Positions 58,608 through 64,000 of a stretch of DNA of 64,000 nucleotides are shown in pieces. Under the pieces are notes generated by a model. That model ran no database searches. It was not told the DNA's origin and worked only from the letters and a program-made list of their open reading frames with translations. Position numbers and translations under genes: made by a program. Each line of letters starts with the position of its first letter. Positions within the stretch are counted from its first letter, which is position 1. Origin of the DNA: Chloroflexota bacterium (GTDB lineage: Bacteria; Chloroflexota; UBA11872; VXOZ01); assembly GCA_965221905.1 (NCBI GenBank), contig OZ244922.1:1824001-1888000 (forward strand). Direction: 5' to 3'.

Positions 58608-59636
58608 ATGGGTGATAATGGCGTGAGAGACCTCACGATCATTGGCGGCGGCCCTACGGGATTATTTGGGCTATTCTACGCCGGTGTGCGCGGCCTCGAT
58701 ACACAGCTCCTGGAAGCGATGGACGAGCTGGGTGGCGCTCTTTCTGCTCTTTATGCGGAGAAGTTCGTCTACGATATGGCCGGCTTTCCGGCCATCCTCG
58801 CCAAAGACCTCGTCGCAGTAATGCGCGAGCAGGCCGACCAGTGGGACTATCCGATCTACCTTTCCCAGAAGATACTCGACTTTGAAGAACAAGACGGCAT
58901 CTACGTGCTCCGTGCGCAGGGCGGTGAGGAATTCAAGAGCAAGGCGGTGCTCATCGCCAACGGCAACGGCGCGTTCGCGCCGCGCAAACTAAGGTTGGCC
59001 GGTGTCGAGCAGCACGAAGACAAGCAAATCTTCTACACAGTCAAGAATATGGATTTGTTCCGTGACAAGCGTGTATTGGTTATTGGCGGTGGAGATTCGG
59101 CACTTGACTGGGCGCTGGCTCTCGACAAGATCGCAACGATGGTAACGCTTATCCATCGGCTGCCGGTCTGGCAAGCGCATGAGGCAACTGTGCAACTGAT
59201 CTTTGAATCGAACGTGGACGTGCATTTCCCCCGACACGAAGCGAATGTATTGCACGTCACCGACGGAAAGCTCACCGGCGTTACAATCATTAATCTTACG
59301 TCGAAAGAGACCTTTGATCTAGAGGTAGACATAATCCTGATCTGCGTTGGTTTTCTGATGGACACAACGGTCATACGCAAGTGGGGGGTTGAGTTGGAGG
59401 GCAAGAAGGGCATCAAGGTTGATCCTGCGACGATGGCTACCAGCCGGCCCGGTGTCTACGCTGCTGGCGACATTGCCGCCTACGAGGGGAAGATCAATCT
59501 GATTGCGTGCGGCGCATCCGAGGCGGCCATGGCAGTAAATCAGGCAGTACGGTATATTAACCCCGATGCGCGGCTGGCCCCGGGCCATAGTAGCGACATG
59601 GACATCTTTACCAAACGGGATAAACCGGAGGCCTAG
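58608..59636 (+). CDS. Ferredoxin--NADP(+) reductase, thioredoxin-reductase fold (YumC type)
   Basis: IIGGGPTGLF..FYAG.R, LY.EK.VYD..GFP, GGGDSA.DWA, IHR, AAGD, LI..G..EA, C-terminal GHSS; no CxxC; ATG 58608 after AAGGAG. Confidence 0.85.
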   Translation: MGDNGVRDLTIIGGGPTGLFGLFYAGVRGLDTQLLEAMDELGGALSALYAEKFVYDMAGFPAILAKDLVAVMREQADQWDYPIYLSQKILDFEEQDGIYVLRAQGGEEFKSKAVLIANGNGAFAPRKLRLAGVEQHEDKQIFYTVKNMDLFRDKRVLVIGGGDSALDWALALDKIATMVTLIHRLPVWQAHEATVQLIFESNVDVHFPRHEANVLHVTDGKLTGVTIINLTSKETFDLEVDIILICVGFLMDTTVIRKWGVELEGKKGIKVDPATMATSRPGVYAAGDIAAYEGKINLIACGASEAAMAVNQAVRYINPDARLAPGHSSDMDIFTKRDKPEA

Positions 59637-59669
59637 CGGGCCCAACTCACACACAGTGGAGGACTGTCA

Positions 59670-60164
59670 TTGGCCACATCACCGGGTGAAGTAAAGAGCG
59701 CAGAGGCCGCCAAGTACGCGGCATTGCAGCGTGAGATCGAAGAGTGCAGCCAAGAACCTGGCTCGACACTCGACATGCTCCATGCCGTGCAACGGCAATT
59801 CGGGTACTTGGAGCCCAAAGCCGTGGGCATGGTGGCGAAAGAGCTAGGAATTACGAAGACACAACTCTACGGTGTGGCAACCTTCTACACGATGTTCTTC
59901 TTCGAACCGAAGCCACCGGTCATCGCTCGTGTGTGCGTGAATCTCTCATGCCATTTGCGCGGTGCTCAGGACGTTCTCCACACTTTGGAAGAGGCGGTCG
60001 CGGCGCAGCCCGGCGCGTTTGAGGTAGAAGAGGTGATGTGCTTGGGGCTTTGCGAACAGGCGCCGGCCCTCTTGATCAACGAAAATGCCGTGGGAAACAT
60101 CTCGGCGGCAGAGGTCCTGGAGAAGGTTCAGGCCAGCGTTGCAGAAAAAAACAAGAGAGAATAG
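59670..60164 (+). CDS. nuoE: NuoE-like [2Fe-2S] subunit
   Basis: Q..FGYL, GVATFYTMF, CVNLSC..RGA, CLGLCEQAP. Confidence 0.88.
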   Translation: MATSPGEVKSAEAAKYAALQREIEECSQEPGSTLDMLHAVQRQFGYLEPKAVGMVAKELGITKTQLYGVATFYTMFFFEPKPPVIARVCVNLSCHLRGAQDVLHTLEEAVAAQPGAFEVEEVMCLGLCEQAPALLINENAVGNISAAEVLEKVQASVAEKNKRE

Positions 60165-60203
60165 TGCACAGGTAAAGTCCGCCGACCGCGAGGAGCGAAA
60201 GGC

Positions 60204-61559
60204 ATGGAACAGGTCTGTCTGCGGCGAATTCACAATGAGAATTCTCAGGACATCGAGACTTATATGGCGCACGATGGCTATGCCGCTTTGCGCAAAGCAC
60301 TCACTGAGATGACCCCTTCGGGTGTGCACGATGAGGTGCGAGCCGCAAACATGGGCGGCCGGGGCGGAGCGGGCTTCCCAACCGCTATGAAATGGAATTT
60401 CGTGGTGGGGGCTCGGGGCGAACCAAAATACGTCCTGTGCAATTTCGATGAAAGTGAACCCGGTACTTTCTCAAATCGCGTCATCGGGGAGCAAGACCCT
60501 CACCTCCTCATTGAGGGCTGTGCATTGGCAGCCTACACTACCGGCTGCTCCATAATCTTCATCTATGTCCGCGGCGAATACTTCCTGGCATATGAACGCG
60601 TCAAACAGGCTATCAAGCAAGCATACGAGCACGGTTTCTTGGGACAGAACGTCCTAGGCACGGACTTTTCCGTTGAATTGTACTTGCGGCGTGGCGCGGG
60701 AGCGTACATCGTCGGCGAAGAGACCGCCATTATGAACTCCCTTGAAGGGAAGCGGGGCTACCCACGCGCACGACCGCCCTTCCCTGCCAATGAAGGTCTA
60801 TTCGGCAAACCCACGCTCATCAATAATGTGGAGACGCTCTCCAATCTCTCCGACATTGTCCTCAATGGCGGTGAGAGGTGGAGTAAGCTGGGAGTAAACG
60901 AGGGGTCCGGTTTAAATATCTACTGCGTTTCCGGCCACGTTGAGCGCCCGGGGGTTTACGAACTGCCCATGGGAACCACCGCGCGCGAACTGATCTATGA
61001 GCACGCTGGCGGTGTCTGGCAGGGGCGCGAACTCAAGGCCTGGAAGCCCGGCGGTGCTTCCAGCGCCATCCTGCCTGCCGACATGATCGATCTCGTACTT
61101 GACTTCAAGCCGGTGCAGGCGGCCGGTACCATCCTGGGTACGGCGGGCGTCATTGTGATGGACGACCGTACCTGCGTTGTAGACGCGGCGCTGCGGGACG
61201 CAAATTTCTTCGAGGAAGAGTCTTGCGGCTTTTGCTTCCCCTGCCGTGACGGTACCCGTGTGCTAAGAATGTTAGTCGAGCGCGTGCGCCACGGTGTGGC
61301 CGCGCCTGACACAATAGACCTCATCGAGCACTCGTCACAGGATATGATGGGTACGTCGTTCTGTGGTCTCGGCCAATTTGCGCCCTGGCCGGTGGTGAGC
61401 ACCGTACGTAACTTCCGCAAAGAGTACGAGGCGCACATTATCGAAAAGGTTTGCCCGGCAGACGTGTGTCCTATGGACGGTGTTGAGCCGAACGAGCACG
61501 TCGACCGCCGCACGCTTCAGGAAATGCTCGTGGCGCAAAAGCGCGGCGTCTTGGCCTAG
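60204..61559 (+). CDS. nuoF: NuoF-like FMN/[4Fe-4S] NADH dehydrogenase subunit
   Basis: GRGGAGFPT, DESEPGT, RGEY, GAGAYIVGEET, NNVET, ESCGFCFPC..G, CGLG. Confidence 0.92.
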   Translation: MEQVCLRRIHNENSQDIETYMAHDGYAALRKALTEMTPSGVHDEVRAANMGGRGGAGFPTAMKWNFVVGARGEPKYVLCNFDESEPGTFSNRVIGEQDPHLLIEGCALAAYTTGCSIIFIYVRGEYFLAYERVKQAIKQAYEHGFLGQNVLGTDFSVELYLRRGAGAYIVGEETAIMNSLEGKRGYPRARPPFPANEGLFGKPTLINNVETLSNLSDIVLNGGERWSKLGVNEGSGLNIYCVSGHVERPGVYELPMGTTARELIYEHAGGVWQGRELKAWKPGGASSAILPADMIDLVLDFKPVQAAGTILGTAGVIVMDDRTCVVDAALRDANFFEEESCGFCFPCRDGTRVLRMLVERVRHGVAAPDTIDLIEHSSQDMMGTSFCGLGQFAPWPVVSTVRNFRKEYEAHIIEKVCPADVCPMDGVEPNEHVDRRTLQEMLVAQKRGVLA

Positions 61560-61770
61560 CGCAGAGTCGTTTCAGGCTCTTTCCGGTAGCGGTGATTCCC
61601 GTAAACAGTGCCCCCTCCCCTGCGTAGCGATTCCCTCGGCAAGCTACCGCAAACGTGAGCCGATCTGTCTCAGATTCCCGTAGCGCGATATTCCCTTCCC
61701 GCTACATCGGTACCGGCACGACCTTTACTGCCAATGACTATCGCAATTCGCCCTTAATGGAGTTTGCTTG

Positions 61771-63027
61771 CTACTCTCCTGTGTAGGTCTTCGGCACCTT
61801 GAGGATGGTTCCCGCGCCAAGCACAAAGAAGAGCGCCATCGTGACGAAGACGGCGGAGTAGCCTAGGAGCGGCTGAATACTGTTGAAGACGTCGAGTATG
61901 ACCCCCGCAGTCAGGCTGGCTAGCGCGTCGCCGCCGGCTGTGGACAAGTTCGTAAGGCCCATATAAAGCCCCGCCGCCCGAGGATCAGGGATAAGGTCTA
62001 TCGCCAAGGCCCAATCGGCAGTGACGAAGATTCCTGTCGCCGCGCCGAGTATGGCAAAAGCGACGAGCAGCATGGTGTAGTTCGTTGTAAAAAGCAAGAC
62101 CAGAGAGGCGAGCATACCTACGATACACGAAGCCACGACCAGCAGGCGGCGGTCGGTGCGGTCTGAAATCCAGCCCGCCGGTATGCTGACGGCTGCGGCT
62201 ACGATGATGAAAACACCAAGTGCAATTGTGACGGACAGGCCGGCGTTTTCAGTGATGCCCAGCCGCTCGCGGATGAAGAAGAGCAGCAATTGGTTCCCAG
62301 CGAGCAAACCCATAAAGAAGAACAAACGCGAGAAGAGTACCCAGGTAAAGCCCGGCCGTTCCCTCAGTTCGGAGATTCGAGTGCGAAGCTCGTGGAAAAT
62401 ACCGGAGAATTCCGGTTTTTCTTCCAGCGGATCCTCATGGATGGTCAGCGCAGAGACAACTGCCACCATCACAAGCACGGCTGCAGCCACAAAAAGGTAG
62501 TGGCCGAGCAAGCCGCGGTCGAGAAATTGTCCGGCGGCGAGCACGCCAAACAGCGTCCCCAAGTGCTTAGATAGTCCCAGAAATCCCGATGCGCGTCCCC
62601 GCTGGCTTTTCGGTACGAGATCCGGGACTATGCCTTGATACGGCCCTAGAGCACTATTGGCGGAGACTTGGAGCAGGATAACCACTGCCAAGAGCAGAGC
62701 ATAGTTGCTCACAGCGGCCATGAGTAGCAAAAAGAGGGCGCTGACGAGAGAGCCGATGAGCATGAAGGGCCTACGGCGGCCCCAACGCGCAGTGGAGCGG
62801 TCGCTCACGGCGCCCATGATGGGCTGCACGACAACAGCGACGATGAGACCTACAGAGACCAAGATGCCAAGATACGTGCCCTTCTGCGCCGAACCCATGA
62901 GTGTCTCCACGCGGTCGGGCAGGTAGACTATGTTCAATCCCGCCCATGCCGTGGAGATGCCGAGCCAGAAGAGGCTCAGCCGCGCCAAGTACGGTAGTGA
63001 AACACGCTTCAGGTCTTCACGCGACAT
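61771..63027 (-). CDS. MFS transporter
   Basis: About 12 TM helices, G..SDR...WGRRRPF and G..SDR..RR motifs. Confidence 0.9.
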   Translation of the reverse strand: MSREDLKRVSLPYLARLSLFWLGISTAWAGLNIVYLPDRVETLMGSAQKGTYLGILVSVGLIVAVVVQPIMGAVSDRSTARWGRRRPFMLIGSLVSALFLLLMAAVSNYALLLAVVILLQVSANSALGPYQGIVPDLVPKSQRGRASGFLGLSKHLGTLFGVLAAGQFLDRGLLGHYLFVAAAVLVMVAVVSALTIHEDPLEEKPEFSGIFHELRTRISELRERPGFTWVLFSRLFFFMGLLAGNQLLLFFIRERLGITENAGLSVTIALGVFIIVAAAVSIPAGWISDRTDRRLLVVASCIVGMLASLVLLFTTNYTMLLVAFAILGAATGIFVTADWALAIDLIPDPRAAGLYMGLTNLSTAGGDALASLTAGVILDVFNSIQPLLGYSAVFVTMALFFVLGAGTILKVPKTYTGE

Positions 63028-63141
63028 AATTGGCTCTTCTTTTCATCCTTCTTAACATGGCGCAGCGCCAACGGGTGTTCCGGCGTGTATTCTGGGGCAC
63101 GTGTGCCTAGACCTCCGGGCAGCGTTCCGGCGTGGCTCCAA

Positions 63142-63801
63142 TTACGTATTCGCTTTCACTATAGTAGCCGAATCGCTTGCCGTACGTTCCCGACGATCTT
63201 CCAACAGCCGCCCGCCTCTGTAAAAGAGGTAACACCCACCTATTTGGATAAGGTGATATAAGTCATTATGATTGAAGTGGCGGTGAAGCTTGACCTTCCT
63301 TATCTGGACGAATGCGGCAAGAAGCGAAATGAAGACCCCGCCCAGTATACACCGTGAACTGGCGGCGTCCCTGCGAAACAACGCCGGCGCGTGGAACGCG
63401 ACGACACCCGCCATGGCGGACCCATAGTCAATTATTACGTAGAGAAACTTGTCGCGGGAAGCCATCCAACCGCAGTAGGCCAAAAGCTTCACCACCGTGC
63501 CAAAGAGCAGGTTCCCTTTTAGCGGCTGCGACGTGCATGCAACTACCGTACTCGCAAACATGCCTGCGCTCGTGAATCCTGTGGCCAAGATTGTCCCTTT
63601 CCACAGCTTGCGCCGTACGGCGGGTGACTGCTCGCCCACGGCATGCGATGCGCCGCCAAGCACTGCCGCGATGGCTGCAGCAATGAAGCCAATGCCCCAG
63701 AGTACTTGGGAGTACTGCCGTTGCGAGCACCCTTGGCGGAACAGCGCGATGCCCCACCGCGCATTGCAGATACCGAGCGCGAGATCGGTGAGCACTGTCA
63801 T
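63142..63801 (-). CDS. Integral membrane protein (DUF6962-like)
   Basis: T..TD, GG..H, several TM helices, FNHNDLYH..Q. Confidence 0.6.
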   Translation of the reverse strand: MTVLTDLALGICNARWGIALFRQGCSQRQYSQVLWGIGFIAAAIAAVLGGASHAVGEQSPAVRRKLWKGTILATGFTSAGMFASTVVACTSQPLKGNLLFGTVVKLLAYCGWMASRDKFLYVIIDYGSAMAGVVAFHAPALFRRDAASSRCILGGVFISLLAAFVQIRKVKLHRHFNHNDLYHLIQIGGCYLFYRGGRLLEDRRERTASDSATIVKANT

Positions 63802-64000
63802 CGGTTCATGTATTCTAATTGGAATTCACTCCAAACAAAGTGCGTTCATGCGCTCAAACTGGCGGCCAAGGGTGCGCTGCGACGCTGAAAGCAAAGAAAT
63901 TACAGAGATGCTGTAGGTCGTAGGAAGAGATGGATAGCTATACAGCGAACCCCAAATTCCCGCATGTTTCAGCAACAACATGAATGATCGCGTCATGCTC

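Noticed and set aside
59670-61559. Electron-bifurcating HydBC-type module
   Set aside because: NuoF lacks the extra Fe-S domains and carries non-bifurcating motif variants.

Overview
Bacterial chromosomal window of about 55 genes, mostly core metabolism with accessory catabolic genes mixed in. Gene style and content suggest a Chloroflexota genome (inference). From left to right: (i) a minus-strand run metG-tatD-polyprenyl synthase-M81 peptidase-menG-bactofilin-like gene; (ii) an orphan higA and a CocE/NonD hydrolase; (iii) a compacted dcw cluster mraZ-rsmH-ftsL-ftsI-ftsW-murC-murB-ftsQ-ftsA-ftsZ with no murE/murF/mraY/murD/murG/ddl; (iv) queG, a 2Fe-2S ferredoxin, a DtxR/MntR regulator, nadBC, ogt, moxR and an HpcH aldolase; (v) a REP-like repeat cluster, an MBL hydrolase, a GAF histidine kinase, and an acyl-CoA ligase with a 3-hydroxyacyl-CoA dehydrogenase; (vi) yvcK-gap-pgk; (vii) a hydrolase island with two PHP/DUF3604-like paralogues, a second CocE/NonD, an MNT-HEPN toxin-antitoxin pair and repeats; (viii) aquaporin-cimA-HAD, then zincin, DUF5069-like and kinase-like genes; (ix) a probable glcDEF-fnr-nuoEF redox operon with no nuoG; (x) an MFS transporter and a membrane protein. 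No tRNA, rRNA, CRISPR, transposase or phage genes were recognised. The best candidates for undescribed biology are the glcDEF-FNR-NuoEF operon, the pruned dcw cluster and the CocE/DUF3604 hydrolase island. All calls come from motif reading by eye; no database searches were run.
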